Shown: positions 25,456-39,150, counted from the first letter of the whole stretch. The stretch is DNA of 63,817 nt, filler included, from Octopus bimaculoides (GCF_001194135.2; 7 parts of 6 records of this genome joined end to end with filler, not necessarily neighbours in it), one strand, 5' to 3'. The notes: a model not told the origin generated them from the sequence alone. Program-made: numbers and translations.

Positions 25456-25703
25456 CGGGAGTGGCTGTATGGTAAGTAGTTTGCTTACCAACCACGTGGT
25501 TCCAGGTTCAGTCCACTGCGTGGGACATTGGGCAAGTGCCTTTTACTATAGCTACAGGCTGACCAAAACCCTGTGATTGGATTTGGTAGACGGAAACTGA
25601 AAGAAGCCCGTCGTATATGTGTGAGTGTCTTCCATTATAGCCTCGGGCCGACCAAAGCCTTGTGAGTGAATTTGGTTGATGGAAACTGAAAGAAGCCCCT
25701 CGT

Positions 25704-25737
<34 letters not shown>

Positions 25738-25810
25738 CTGGGGTTTATTTGCTCGACTAAAGGCGGTGCTCCAGCATGGCCGCAGTCAAATGACTGAGAC
25801 AAATAAAAGA
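25456..25810 (+). mobile_element. SINE family A with internal core duplication
   Basis: Core CTATAGC...GGAAACTGAAAGAAGCCC occurs twice (25547 and 25637). The Tc1 element is inserted just after the tail. Confidence 0.8.
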
Positions 25811-25817
25811 ATACATA

Positions 25818-26733
25818 CAGGATTTGGACAAAATAATGGAAACATCTAGCATCATAGCATCGTAATTTTGAAATATCTATAAAACCGTTCAGCTCCCAAA
25901 ATTACTGCAAAGCTTAATGTTCACCTCGAGAACCCAGTTTCCACAAAAACTGTTTGCTGGGAGCTGCACAAAGCCGGATTTCAAGGGAGGGCTGCAATCA
26001 GAAAACCACTACTTTCAAAAGCAAATGTTGCAAAGCGTTTAGAGTGGAGTAAAAACCTACAGAATTGGTCCTTAAAGCAGTGGAAGAATGTTATTTTCTC
26101 GGACGAGTCATCTCTTACCTTATTTCCAACCACCAGCCAAGTATACATGTGGAGAAAACCAAAAGAAGCATTTGACCCAGACTGCCTTCTTCCAATTGTT
26201 AAACATGAAAGAGGATCTGTGATGATCTGGGAGGCTATATCTTGGAAATCCACCAGCCCAATGGTTTCCCTTCATGGCAGAATTAATAGTCAAGACTATT
26301 TGAGTATTTTATCTGATCAAATTCATCCTATGGTTGCGGAACTGTTTCCGGAGGGAAACGTAATCTTTCAGGATGATAATGCACCAATTCACACAGCTGA
26401 AGCTGTTACTGAATGGCACGAGGAACATTCTAGTGAAGTTGAACATCTTATCTGGCCACCACACTCCCCCAAATCTCAATATCATTGAACATTTATGGTG
26501 CATTTTAGAAAAACAAATAAGGAATCGATATCCTCCACCATCATCACGACAAGAACTGGAGATTGTTTTACCTGAAGAATGGACAAAAATTCCTTTGGAA
26601 ACAATTCAAACTTTGTATGAGTCAATACCTCGTAGAATTCTAGCTGTAATTACTGCCAAAGGCGTTCCTAAACCGTATTAAAATAAATTTGTTTGAAATT
26701 TTAAGGTGTGTCCATTATTTTGTCTAAACCCTG
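25818..26733 (+). mobile_element. Tc1-superfamily DNA transposon, internally deleted, DD36E-type triad
   Basis: Imperfect TIRs: CAGGATTTGGACAAAATAATGGAAACATCT at left vs reverse complement of the right end CAGGGTTTAGACAAAATAATGGACACACCT. Flanked by TA at 25816-17 and 26734-35. Contains a transposase remnant. Confidence 0.93.
25883..26681 (+). pseudogene. Tc1-like DDE transposase remnant (N-terminus deleted, +1 frameshift near 26470)
   Basis: Reads KPLLSKANVAKRLEW...VIFSDES...VKHERGSVMIW...IFQDDNAPIHT...WPPHSP/NLNIIEHLW...SIPRRILAVITAKG. These are canonical Tc1 motifs, split over two frames. Confidence 0.92.
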
Positions 26734-26779
26734 TATATACATATACATACATACCTTTATGTGTGTGTGTGTTTGTGCG

Positions 26780-26811
<32 letters not shown>

Positions 26812-27119
26812 TGTATGTATATGCATACACACGCATGTATAAGTATGTATGTATGTATGTATGTATGTATGTATGTATGTTTGTATAGGAACATAGAATC
26901 TCAAAACATAAAACTATAAATTTTAGCTTACAAATATTGGGTAAAAAAACCCTTTTGCATAGAAAAACTCGAATGCTGCTCGTAGGATACGAACCTGCAT
27001 TCAAAAGCGCTTTTAAACGAAACATTTGCATCCAATTTTTTATGGCTTTATACGCTTCGAGATCCAATGTTTCAAAAAACAGAATTATTTAGCGTTCTCT
27101 CACAAGTCTGTCTTTCTAG

Positions 27120-27151
<32 letters not shown>

Positions 27152-27215
27152 TTATCTGTATACGTATATTGTATTTATTTACATCTATGTCTATATAGCT
27201 AAATGTGTGTATATA

Positions 27216-27255
<40 letters not shown>

Positions 27256-27751
27256 CGTGCGTGCGTGTGTGTGTACATATATGTGTGCGAGCGTGTGTAA
27301 AGACACAAGGCCGTATATTATGTGAAGCGAGTATTGTTAGTATTATCGATCACGATCCTTGACTGGTAGGCATTCGAACTGCGGAACGATCAACGGCAAA
27401 TTTGACGTCCGCGTGTAGAGGGACGCAACTAAATACCACAAGTTATTTTTTATGCGATGCTCCATCGATTCTACTTCATTTTTTATAAATAAGTAATTTC
27501 AAATCTGAACTTTTGTGTTGATGAATCGTCAAGTTACATGACAGAATGTATCAACCTCACTCTATCTCATGTACGCATTCTTTCCCGCCCGGGATGTTAA
27601 AGGTAAAGACAAACTCGGTAGCATTTGCACTCAGGACACGAAGACAGAAAACTTTTCCCGGGGCTGGGAGATATCATATTGCAGCGTTCTATTGGTCTCT
27701 CCCCGCTTCTTTTCCCTAATAACCCAAAACAATTGAAGACTATAACCGCTG

Positions 27752-27797
<46 letters not shown>

Positions 27798-29149
27798 ACC
27801 ATCACCACCATTGCTGCTGCTTCTGGCAATGTCTTTTATGTTTGTAAGGACCAGGTGACGCGTTCGAGACAATCGATTGCATAAAATGAACCTGTTGAAC
27901 GCCCCTGCGTCTATATTTTAAGAGGGTCCCTCCCAACCACGCCCTAATGTCATAACTCCACATCTTTAGCGATTCACTGCGCCACTCTCCTCCCACCGCA
28001 TTCTACTGTTTTAACTACACTTCACAACGATAACCGATCCCGCCCCATCCAACACAAACACACATACACACACATGAATGTATACATACAAACACATGTA
28101 TATATACTTATTTATTTACATATATGTGTGTGTATGTATGTGTTTATATATACACATTTATATAGATATACACATAAATGCATGCGTAAATACATACACA
28201 TAGATGTATGTGCATATGCGTGTACGTATATACGTATATGTGTGTGTGTATACACATTTATGGATATATATGTATGTATGTATGTATATATATATATATA
28301 TATATATNNNNNNNNNNNNNNNNNNNNNNNNNNNNNNNNNNNNNNNNNNNNNNNNNNNNNNNNNNNNNNNNNNNNNNNNNNNNNNNNNNNNNNNNNNNNN
28401 NNNNNNNNNNNNNNNNNNNNNNNNNNNNNNNNNNNNNNNNNNNNNNNNNNNNNNNNNNNNNNNNNNNNNNNNNNTATATATATATATATATATATATATA
28501 TGGAGAGAGTGAGAGAAAGAGACAGACAGAGATATTTACATAGAAGCATAAACACATACACACATGTATGATGTAAGGAAACAAAAACTGCCAAAGAAAA
28601 AAGGGACCATGCGAGCAGAGAAAAGGGAGTTTATAGAAATATTGAGGGAGGTGAGAGAAATGGGTGGGGTGGACATACTAACGAGTGGACGGGTGGAGTG
28701 ATGTAGGGGAGGGATAAGTGGTTAGGGTGTCAGATGGGGGAAGCATTGGACAACAATGTTATCGTAGGCATAGCTGAAACGTTAGTACAACCAGTACGGT
28801 TAGTATTGTTAGTACTATTCATATTACTACAACTACTGGTAGGGTGAGAGTACCCTAAGTGGTCACTAGGCCTGCTAGAAATAGCAGTCCAATCTCCCTC
28901 ATATCAAGCTGTATGGTTTAAAATTGGAAGAGCATAATGGATAATGATTCCTTCGATGTGCAACCGCGTGTCTTCTTATCCTTCGCAACAAGTAACAACG
29001 GCGACGACAACAAGAGCATCAACAACACCAACAACAAATAGGACAACAATAACAACAACGATAATAATTCTTAATTGTAGCACAAGACCAGTAATTCTAG
29101 TGGGGAGGGTGTTAGTCGATTATATCGACCCCCAGTGTTCAAACGATCC

Positions 29150-30320
29150 TTATTTTATCGACCTCGAAGTGGAGTGTGAACCAGTTCCAGCACATGCCGG
29201 GAGTTATGCTTCAGCAGAGGAGAAAGGTGCAGATTCACTAGAACTGCGAGAAATAAAAGTGGAACAGAAGAAGCTGAAGAAACACTACAGAAGGAGGGAT
29301 CCAATTTCAAAGCTGACCCTCCACAAGAAGTGACAACAAATACCAAGAAAAGAACAGTGGTGTACAGATCTCTGTCGACGACCATAAAGAAAATACGGAA
29401 GAAGCAATTGAAGAATGTCTGAAGGAAATTAAGCACCTGACAACATTCTATACAAGAGGCAGAAAATACGGCACAGTGGAGGTGAGATTTGCCAACGAAC
29501 AGAAGGCAATAAATGACTCCACTGTGATGATGAAGACGGAAAATGGGTACTCCTTCGTACCTACGGCGGCAAAAGGGTCGCCAGAGTGAGAATAGGTAGA
29601 GGACCACCAGAAATCAAAGAAGTGTGGCTGGTGGCAACTGGAATGCACAAAACTGAGTAAGACGCCACAATTCTAAAGGGGACAAGGACAAAGAAGGTAA
29701 ATTGCAGGGGATACGGACTAGAAATTGTCATCCAAAAGAACCGAAGGAGTAAGTAACCAGTTAAAAAAAATTACTGAGGTCGGTTTTTTTTTCGATTAAA
29801 ACCTTGCAAGGCAGTGCTCCAGCATGGCTGCAGTCCAGTGACTGAAATAACAAATAATTAGAAGATAACATGGACGCCTCGAGGAATGTGAAGACGCAGG
29901 CTCGAGAGCGGATCATTTTCCGATCGGAGTCGGATGTCGAGGGTTTGTTGGACACAGTGTGAGACGACTGTTGTTATCATTAGTATTAACTCATCGTAAG
30001 GTAAATACCACCATGAGCGATGTCCAGACTAGAGTGGAAAAGGCTAGCCACTGAATTTGGTTAAAAAGAGACGATGAGCGATGGCTAGAAGAATATGGAG
30101 CTTTATTTGATAACCAGTTGATTTAACAAGCGAGAATTCATATCAGTGAGGTCGGTGGGGCGGTGCGCATTGATGCCGTCGAGAGGACCCAAAACGCACA
30201 TTCTCTTCTGATGACCCCATGCACTTGCTGGCTTCCGGTATGCAGAGCTCTCGACTGGTAGTACTTGCATGCGCAAGTTGTTTGCAAAACATCATGCAAG
30301 TATTTTGGAAAACCTTTTAT
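29150..30320 (+). mobile_element. L1/Tx1-like LINE remnant (ORF1-like region plus degraded downstream part)
   Basis: Purine-rich frameshifted fragments AGSYASAEE, RTVVYRSLSTT, GRKYGTVEVRF and GKRVARVRIGRGPPEIKEVWLVA resemble LINE ORF1. Interrupted by a SINE tail at about 29770-29860. Confidence 0.45.
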
Positions 30321-30509
30321 CTTTGTCTTGTTTCAGTCTTTAGACTGCGGCCATGCTAAGGCACTGCATTGGAGAATTTACAGTCGAATGAATTGACCCA
30401 GTACTTTTTTTTCGAGTCTTGTACTTATTCTGTCGGTAAGTTACAAGGAAAGCAAACACACCAACATCGGTTGTCCAGCGGTGGAATGACACACACACAT
30501 ACTCATTTA

Positions 30510-30715
30510 CTCTTTTACACGTTTCAGTCATTTGACTGCAGTCATGCTGGAGCACCGCCTTTAGTCGAAGAAATTGACCCCAGGACTTATTCTTCGTAAG
30601 CCTAGTACTTATTCTATCGATTACTTTTGCCGAAGCGCTACGTTTCGGGGACATAAACACACAAATATCAGTCGTCAAGCGATGGCGGGGGTACAAACAC
30701 AGACACATAAATAAA
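30510..30715 (-). mobile_element. SINE family A 3' half, reverse orientation
   Basis: TTTCAGTCATTTGACTGCAGTCATGCTGGAGCACCGCCTTTAGTCGA. Confidence 0.8.
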
Positions 30716-31284
30716 TACATAATATATATGTATATATATATATATNNNNNNNNNNNNNNNNNNNNNNNNNNNNNNNNNNNNNNNNNNNNNNNNNNNNNNN
30801 NNNNNNNNNNNNNNNNNNNNNNNNNNNNNNNNNNNNNNNNNNNNNNNNNNNNNNNNNNNNNNNNNNNNNNNNNNNNNNNNNNNNNNNNNNNNNNNNNNNN
30901 NNNNNNNNNNNNNNNNNNNNNNNNNNNNNNNNNNNNNNNNNNNNNNNNNNNNNNNNNNNNNNNNNNNNNNNNNNNNNNNNNNNNNNNNNNNNNNNNNNNN
31001 NNNNNNNNNNNNNNNNNNNNNNNNNNNNNNNNNNNNNNNNNNNNNNNNNNNNNNNNNNNNNNNNNNNNNNNNNNNNNNNNNNNNNNNNNNNNNNNNNNNN
31101 NNNNNNNNNNNNNNNNNNNNNNNNNNNNNNNNNNNNNNNNNNNNNNNNNNNNNNNNNNNNNNNNNNNNNNNNNNNNNNNNNNNNNNNNNNNNNNNNNNNN
31201 NNNNNNNNNNNNNNNNNNNNNNNNNNNNNNNNNNNNNNNNNNNNNNNNNNNNNNNNNNNNNNNNNNNNNNNNNNNNNTATATAT

Positions 31285-31490
31285 ATTTGTGTGTGTCGCC
31301 CCACCCCACCATCACCTGACAACCAATGTTGGTGTGTTTACGTCCCCGTAAACTTAGCGGTTCGGCAAAAGAACCCGATAGAATAAATACTAGACTTACA
31401 AAGAATAAGTCCTGGTGTCGATTTGTTCGACTAAAGACGGTGCTCCAGCATGGCCGCAGTCAAATGACTGAAACGTGTAAAAGAATAAGA
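31285..31490 (+). mobile_element. SINE family A 3' half
   Basis: GACAACCAATGTTGGTGTGTTTACGTCCCCG...CCAGCATGGCCGCAGTCAAATGACTGAAA. Confidence 0.8.
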
Positions 31491-31912
31491 GACGAATACC
31501 ACAAAAGAGAACAACTAGAACACACACACACACACATACACAGAGGCATACACATACATGCATACGCGCACGCACGCACGCACAACAGGCCAGACGATTC
31601 CAGACTATAAAGAACTCGCCGAGAAAGTGGGGAGCGTCACCATTGGTTACCAGCCAACGGATAAAAGACAACGTTATTTAGACCAGAGCAAAGCACTCCA
31701 CTATCACCAGACACACACATACACACACACGAACACACACACACAAACACACACACAGGGACACACCTACACACACATATACATGTAAATATGTATTTAT
31801 ATGCATTTACTTCAATATATGCAAACACACAAAAGCACATCCATATATATATATATATATATACACATACATATATATATACAATATTATATATATACAT
31901 ATATATACATAC

Positions 31913-31955
<43 letters not shown>

Positions 31956-32699
31956 NNNNNNNNNNNNNNNNNNNNNNNNNNNNNNNNNNNNNNNNNNNNN
32001 NNNNNNNNNNNNNNNNNNNNNNNNNNNNNNNNNNNNNNNNNNNNNNNNNNNNNNNNNNNNNNNNNNNNNNNNNNNNNNNNNNNNNNNNNNNNNNNNNNNN
32101 NNNNNNNNNNNNNNNNNNNNNNNNNNNNNNNNNNNNNNNNNNNNNNNNNNNNNNNNNNNNNNNNNNNNNNNNNNNNNNNNNNNNNNNNNNNNNNNNNNNN
32201 NNNNNNNNNNNNNNNNNNNNNNNNNNNNNNNNNNNNNNNNNNNNNNNNNNNNNNNNNNNNNNNNNNNNNNNNNNNNNNNNNNNNNNNNNNNNNNNNNNNN
32301 NNNNNNNNNNNNNNNNNNNNNNNNNNNNNNNNNNNNNNNNNNNNNNNNNNNNNNNNNNNNNNNNNNNNNNNNNNNNNNNNNNNNNNNNNNNNNNNNNNNN
32401 NNNNNNNNNNNNNNNNNNNNNNNNNNNNNNNNNNNNNNNNNNNNNNNNNNNNNNNNNNNNNNNNNNNNNNNNNTAATTTTTGTTGTTGTTGTTTGTGTTG
32501 TATCTATTTAGTTTAGCCTTGTTTTACACTGTGCACTTGGTGCAGCTGTTAGCTTGCATATTAAATCTGACCCCACTGTCAACGCGCCATTTCGCTTTCG
32601 AAAAAGAAAAAAAAAAAAAGACCATTTCTACTGTCCGCCGACCTTCGACAACACCACCCACCTACCTCTCTCTCTGATTCGAATAAAAAAATAAACACC

Positions 32700-33010
32700 A
32701 CCACCACCATCTTTACAGTTGCCTCCAACGCCGCCGCACTTGCCGCCATAGCCACCACCACTACCACCATAACCACCAACTCCGCCACTACCACGACGGC
32801 GACGACGACCGCTCCCACCATTATCACCACCAATACCACTATCATTGACATTATCATCATCATCGTTACCGCCACTACCATCTCCATCACCACCACTACC
32901 ACCACTACCACCACCACCATCATCATCATCATTATGAGGGGCAGTAGCANNNNNNNNNNATCATCATCATTATGAGGGGCAGTAGCAACGACAACAACCA
33001 CAACAGCAAG
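32700..33010. repeat. (CCA/ATC)n low-complexity tract
   Basis: Direct inspection; includes a flank duplicated across a 10-N gap. Confidence 0.85.
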
Positions 33011-33474
33011 CCTATAAGTAACACAGTCGACACCCAACGAGGTTGTTGTTTGACATGTCAGAAACAACAGTCAAATTCTCTCAGTTCACTCCCTAACATT
33101 TCCCCTTAGAAAATGGGAACGGTCTATCTGGGGAGTGTTATGTTTCTAAAAGCACCTAGATGGTCACGGTTGGAATGCATTTGATGATAGTTCTGCCTGA
33201 TCAACCCTGGCCTGGGGTTGAACACAAATAAGAACATTGTCAACAAGAACAACAATCAGCAACACCAAAATTACGACTACTAGCACCACCACCATCATCA
33301 TCATCACCACTAACACTTGCCCCATTAAGATTGCACGACAAGCTAGAAATAATAACTAAATCTCTTGCATATAGCAATTTACAATCTTAAAAAGAAAGAA
33401 AATCCATTCATACATCTGCCAGCATGAGCATTAAGAACATCCACCATTGACGCCCAATTTAAATACGTAAAACG

Positions 33475-34006
33475 GATCTTTGTAGTTTTCGTCACTGTTT
33501 ACAATTTTGTTCCAGTTGTTCTTAAATTTGGTGGTAAATGAATTAAGTTTTTTTATATCCTAATCATGTAAAGGAAATTCATTTTTCCTATAAATTCATA
33601 ATTAAAAAGTTATTAGCCATTAAAGTTTGCAAAATTTGGGTATTTTAGCGAGTATTTTACACATCACCGTGGCGAAAATCTTTTCAACGTTGAAAAGAAA
33701 AAAATCAAACAGCGTTTCATTTCTGTGTGAGTATATGTGTGTATATGTGTGTATATGTGTGTATATGTGTGAGTATATGTGTGAGTATATGTGTGTGACA
33801 ATGGAGAGGCAGCGAACGCGTTGTTTTCTGATTGGTTGAAAATTCTGCAAATTATCAAAATTCGAACATCTGTAACAACTTTGCAAAATTTTTCTGAAAT
33901 AAATGAATAACAAATTCGGATTCAGCGTCACAAAATACATCTATATGATACATTGAAATAATTATTTTAAAGATAGTTTTAAACAGTAACGAAAACCACA
34001 GAGATC
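33475..34006. mobile_element. AT-rich element with about 26-bp imperfect TIRs
   Basis: GATCTTTGTAGTTTTCGTCACTGTTT vs AAACAGTAACGAAAACCACAGAGATC. Internal module shared with 2800-2880, 3545-3625 (inverted) and 4065-4145. Confidence 0.55.
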
Positions 34007-34865
34007 TTGTAAAACTCGCCATTTTCATTACCACTAATAAACAGCCATCATCACCAACGTCCCCACCAACCTCCCCACCAATTGTATCAACTAACTGCAA
34101 ACGTGAGAGCGAGGTTGTTAGCTCTACATCAGTGTCTCACAAAATGTGGTTCGCAAGAGAAATTGCAAAGGTACATCAAATTAGAAAAAAAACATAGGAC
34201 TCCACCAACAAAATGCAAAATGTGTGGAGTTCTTCCACAACCATTTTATCGTTGTGTGCAAGGGTTTTCAGCAATATTTGTAGCACTAAATAAATTTTGG
34301 GTTAGTGAATGATATGCAAATGGACCTCTTTGAAACTGTACGTTGAACTGAGTTGACCGATCGAATGAAGCAGTGTGACAGCCTAGTGGCCTGGTGCTCC
34401 AAAGAACTCTTAATTGTCACTGTATGATGGACAAAGTTGATTGTTATTTGTCACTTGTGTTCAAGTGGCAGATGATTGCTAGACGACTTTTAGTCAACTC
34501 TTAGGGTATGAGCCTTCAGTGTATGCAATACTTGGCTTTCTCTTTAAACTAGGGGGTCCTTCAAAGCGGGGAAAAGATCTTTGCAGCAATGTCTAAAGCA
34601 TTATAAGCAATAGCACTTGAGAGCATAACCGCCATTTTTTTATCTCTGTAAAACAGCACATATTGAAATTGCTTGCTGCTTGACAACCAGTGCTGGTGTG
34701 TTTACGTCCCCGTAACTTAGCGGTTCGGCACAAGTGACTGATAGAAGAAGTGTTAACTAGCCTTAAAAAAATAAGTCCTGGAGTTGATTTATTCGATTAA
34801 GAAATTCTCCAAGGCGATGCCCCAGCATGACCGCAGTTTAATGATTGAAGCAAATAAAAGATAAA

Positions 34866-34904
<39 letters not shown>

Positions 34905-34911
<7 letters not shown>

Positions 34912-35070
34912 ACGACGGGCTTCTTTCAGTTTCCGTCTACCAAATTCACTCACAAGGCTATGGTCAGCCGGAGGCTATAGTAGAAGAAACTTGCCCAAGG
35001 TGCCACGGAGTGAGACTGAACCCAGAACAATGTGGTTTGTAAGCAAGCCACTTACCACACAGCCACTCTC
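34905..35070 (-). mobile_element. SINE family A head and core, reverse orientation
   Basis: CTTCTTTCAGTTTCCGTCTACCAAATTCACTCACAAGGC is the reverse complement of the core. Confidence 0.8.
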
Positions 35071-36031
35071 ACCCCCACCCATCTCTCTCTCTCGTTTTTT
35101 TGCAGCGTTTTGAAAAGAGTGGTTTTACCCGAAATATCACACCTAACTAAATATATCTGAGCTAACAGTTCACAGTCCTCTGATATTGTGATATTTATTT
35201 ATGCAATGATGTACCTACTTTGCTATTACCATCTATAACGGATGGTTTTTAGTTAATAGTTAATTACAGTGAACAATTAAAAGTTTCCTCTTAATATGGT
35301 GACAAGTCTATAGATGATGCCGCACTTTATTAATTACAAAAATCTTTCTCTTTCTTCTTCTTTCAACGCTGTTTTGCCGAACCGCAACGTTACGGAGTCA
35401 TTAATTTTCTGTACTTAAAATTTATCTCCTTTTCTCTTTCCCACTTTCTGATTCTCCTATTTTCTCTTTTCATCCCCACTTCTCTAACCATCGTTCTCTT
35501 TATCTGTCTGTTTGTCTGTCAGTCTGTCTGTCTCTTTCTCTCTCTTTCACACACATACATGCACACACACACACATCTACACATGCACTCACACAAACAT
35601 CCAAAGCCAGCTTATTTATTGCGGTCTCTACTTCACACTTCATTGACTTTCGCCAGCCGATACAATTTTGTCACTTTACCATCTCTTTATTACCCACCCT
35701 CTCTCTCTATTCCATCCCCCTCCTGTCTTCTTTTTCTCTCTCCTCTTCTCCGAGACTCCTTACACACGGTTTCATAATCACACACACACACACACATGCA
35801 CTGATGAGGTACAAATTCAAGCACACCCAAACCCACCTGCAATCAAATACAAGCACGCACTCACACAGAAACACAGCATAAGCGTACGCATACACACACC
35901 TTCATATCATTCATATAACACGTCCGCAAACACACCAACCAAAATACCACGCAACCGTAAGCAAATTACACACACACATATAATCACACATACTACTTAT
36001 ACATCTACGCAGTAGAGACAAGCACACACAA

Positions 36032-36124
<93 letters not shown>

Positions 36125-36127
<3 letters not shown>

Positions 36128-36290
36128 GATGAGCTTCTTTCAGTTTCCCTCGACCAAATCCACTCACAAGGCTTTGGTGGGCCCGAGGCTATAGAAAAAG
36201 ACACTTGACCAACGTTCCATACAGTGAGACTGAACCCGGAACCATGTGGTTGGGAAGCAAGCTTCTTACCACACAGCCACGCCTGCGCCC
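36125..36290 (-). mobile_element. SINE family A head and core, reverse orientation
   Basis: Ends in CCACACAGCCACGCCTGCGCC, the reverse complement of the head. Confidence 0.8.
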
Positions 36291-37599
36291 AGTTTCATTT
36301 AAGATTTATATTTGAGTTCGCGTAATGAGGTAGAGCCGGTCGCTAACAAAGTGACAAGGCTTTTGAGTTAAGAGAGTTCCTGATGTTTTGTAAATGTGTG
36401 GTTGAGTTGGTTGAACTGTTAATCTATACACCCAAGTGTGTATTCATCTATTCTGCTAAAGTATCATAGATGGAGGATTTTGCGAATGCCTTACAGATCT
36501 TCATTGTGCCACTAATAGATTGGATTTGAAAATGCGCTTCAGCTTCTTTTCCTCGTTCTTTGAAAAGACTTGTGCATCTCTATATCAATGTATGTATGTA
36601 TGTATGTATTGACGGATAGAGAAAGAGAGAGAGGTGGGGAGAGAGACCTTTACAAGATCCCAGACATGGCGGAATCTTGTAACAATATGGACTCCCATAA
36701 AGTTACTCATGGTACCAGGTTATGGTGCTAAACGTCAAGCATCCAAAGAGTTTACCGGTGGGAGTGGATTTCAACTCGAACCGCAAAGAGAACGAACAAA
36801 TAGCACGAGAAGCCCGTTATTACACTTCTAGCATTATTCCAGTTCTGCAAATCCGCTGTTCTAGATTGGTTCACTTTTTTCCCCTCGACCCTCAATAGAT
36901 GAAAGGCAAATATGACCTCAACACGATTCGAACCCAGAAGAAAAGGAGCTGAAATACGGTGACGCGCGCGCACACATTAAAATTACGGCGTATGTTTTTA
37001 TTTCTTTCTTTATTATCCACAAGGGGCAAAACATAAAGGGGACAAACAAGGACAAAGAGACTAAGTCGATTACATCGACCCCAGTGTGTAACTGGTACTT
37101 ATTTAATCGACCCCGAAAGGATGAAAGGCAAAGTCGACTTCGGCGTATGTTTTTATTAAACATATGGAGTAACTGGCTCTCCGTCGGTTACGACGGCGAG
37201 TGTTCTAGTTGATTTAATCAGCGGAACAGCTTGCTTGTGAAATTAACGTGTAAGTGGCTGAGAACTCCACAGACATGTGTACTGTTAGCGAAGTTCTCAG
37301 GAATTTCAGGGAGATTCGGTGTGACGCAAGATGTGGCAAGCTTGGCCCTCTGAAAAACAGGTGCAACGACTAAATGGTCGTGAGTCATATACTCTTAAAC
37401 ACAATGTCACGCGCCTTCATAACGAAGAGACAAAGTAGGTACATTGGTTAAACCACGCCTTTTTCTCTTTTTTGTCCAAATAAATCGGATCAATTTCATT
37501 AGTCTTAGATTGTTACCGTTTCAAAAATCCGCGTCAAAACGGTGAAAATCCAGCTTATGTCGGTGTGCTATTCCGAAAGTCTGCCAAGGCATTCTATTG

Positions 37600-37636
37600 C
37601 GAAAATTACCCAGCAACGACGGGATACTCAGCTAGT
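37600..37636 (+). mobile_element. Helitron-like 3' terminus
   Basis: CCCAGCAACGACGGG hairpin followed by ATACTCAG-CTAG-T (37632-37635), then (TA)n. Same motif as the 2381 end. Confidence 0.6.
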
Positions 37637-37686
37637 ATATATATACACGTATATATATATGTGTGTTTATGCGAGTCAGCGCGCAT

Positions 37687-37717
<31 letters not shown>

Positions 37718-38357
37718 CTCATACAAGCACGCAACAATACCACAGCATAGCCACCCCACCGTTCATTGACTGAAGCGAATAAAAGTAACGAGTTCATTTC
37801 ATTGCTACCTTCGTTTCCTCCCTTCTAACTACTCGCTTTCTCTGCATCTACTCCGATCGTCTGCTTCAATCAATTTCCTGCATCCTACATCCATCAGCCG
37901 CGATATTATTGAAGAACAGCAGCAATATCAGCAGTAGAAAAACAGCAGAAACAACAGCAACAACAGACACTAATAAGAAATAGAAAAACAAAAGCACCGT
38001 TTTCGGTCGCCAAGCTCCGCTGACTGCCGGACGGTTGGCTGGTCGGTAAGCAGCTAGTGAAGTGTTTAATGGTTAGATGATGATGGCCGATGCCGTTTGC
38101 TAAAGAGAAAATAGGGTCTCGCAGGCGATGCTTCATTGCATACAACATCTGTTTGTAACAGAAAAACGCTACGACTTATTCTCACTGGCTTTATTGCGTT
38201 TACTATGACTGACATTCACACATGTCTACGTCTCCAATGGACGGCGAGACATGGCGGCTTTCACCATTTTTTCTCCATTCATTTTGCGTTTATTATAATT
38301 TCTTTACACGTGTGTCCATAACCGTCAGATATGTAAATAAGTATGTATGTATGAATG

Positions 38358-38400
<43 letters not shown>

Positions 38401-38500
38401 NNNNNNNNNNNNNNNNNNNNNNNNNNNNNNNNNNNNNNNNNNNNTTAATTAATTAANNNNNNNNNNNNNNNNNNNNNNNNNNNNNNNNNNNNNNNNNNNN

Positions 38501-38532
<32 letters not shown>

Positions 38533-38580
38533 ATTGTGCACATTCATTCTCACATGTTCATACACACACGTATGACATGC

Positions 38581-38935
38581 TGGCGCAGACATGGCTGTGT
38601 GGTTAGAAGTTAGCTTCTCAACCACATGGTTCCATGTTCAGTCCCACTGCCTAGTACCATGGGCAAATGTCTTCTGCTATAGACCCAGGCCAACCAAAGC
38701 TTTGCGAGTGGACTTGGTAGCTGACGCACTGAAAAAGGCCTGTCATCTTTTGTGTGTGTCCCTGGCACTGCTTGACAACCAGTGTTGGTTTGTTTATGTC
38801 TCTGTGATTTAGCGGTTCAGCAAAAGAAACCGATAGAATAAGTACTGGACTTAAAAGGAGAGAAAAAAAAAAGACGTGTTGGGTGTTGTGCCCCAGTATG
38901 GCCACAATCCAATGACTGAAACAAGTAAAAAATAT
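38581..38935 (+). mobile_element. SINE family A, CpG-decayed copy
   Basis: Same architecture; CCCAGGCCAACC replaces CTCGGGCCGACC. Confidence 0.8.
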
Positions 38936-39106
38936 ATTCATTATTCATTCACATATCTGTATATAAAACCACACACACAACGAGATACCCATTCATTCAC
39001 ACAGTCATATATGCATCTGGTGCACATGCAGCTACCCATTCTCACATATGTCACTGTGATTGTATGTGCAAGTGTGCATACATGCACACACACACGTACC
39101 TGCCCA

Positions 39107-39150
<44 letters not shown>

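Noticed and set aside
32921-32987. Direct repeat ATCATCATCATTATGAGGGGCAGTAGCA across 10 N
   Set aside because: Typical unmerged contig overlap, not a TSD.
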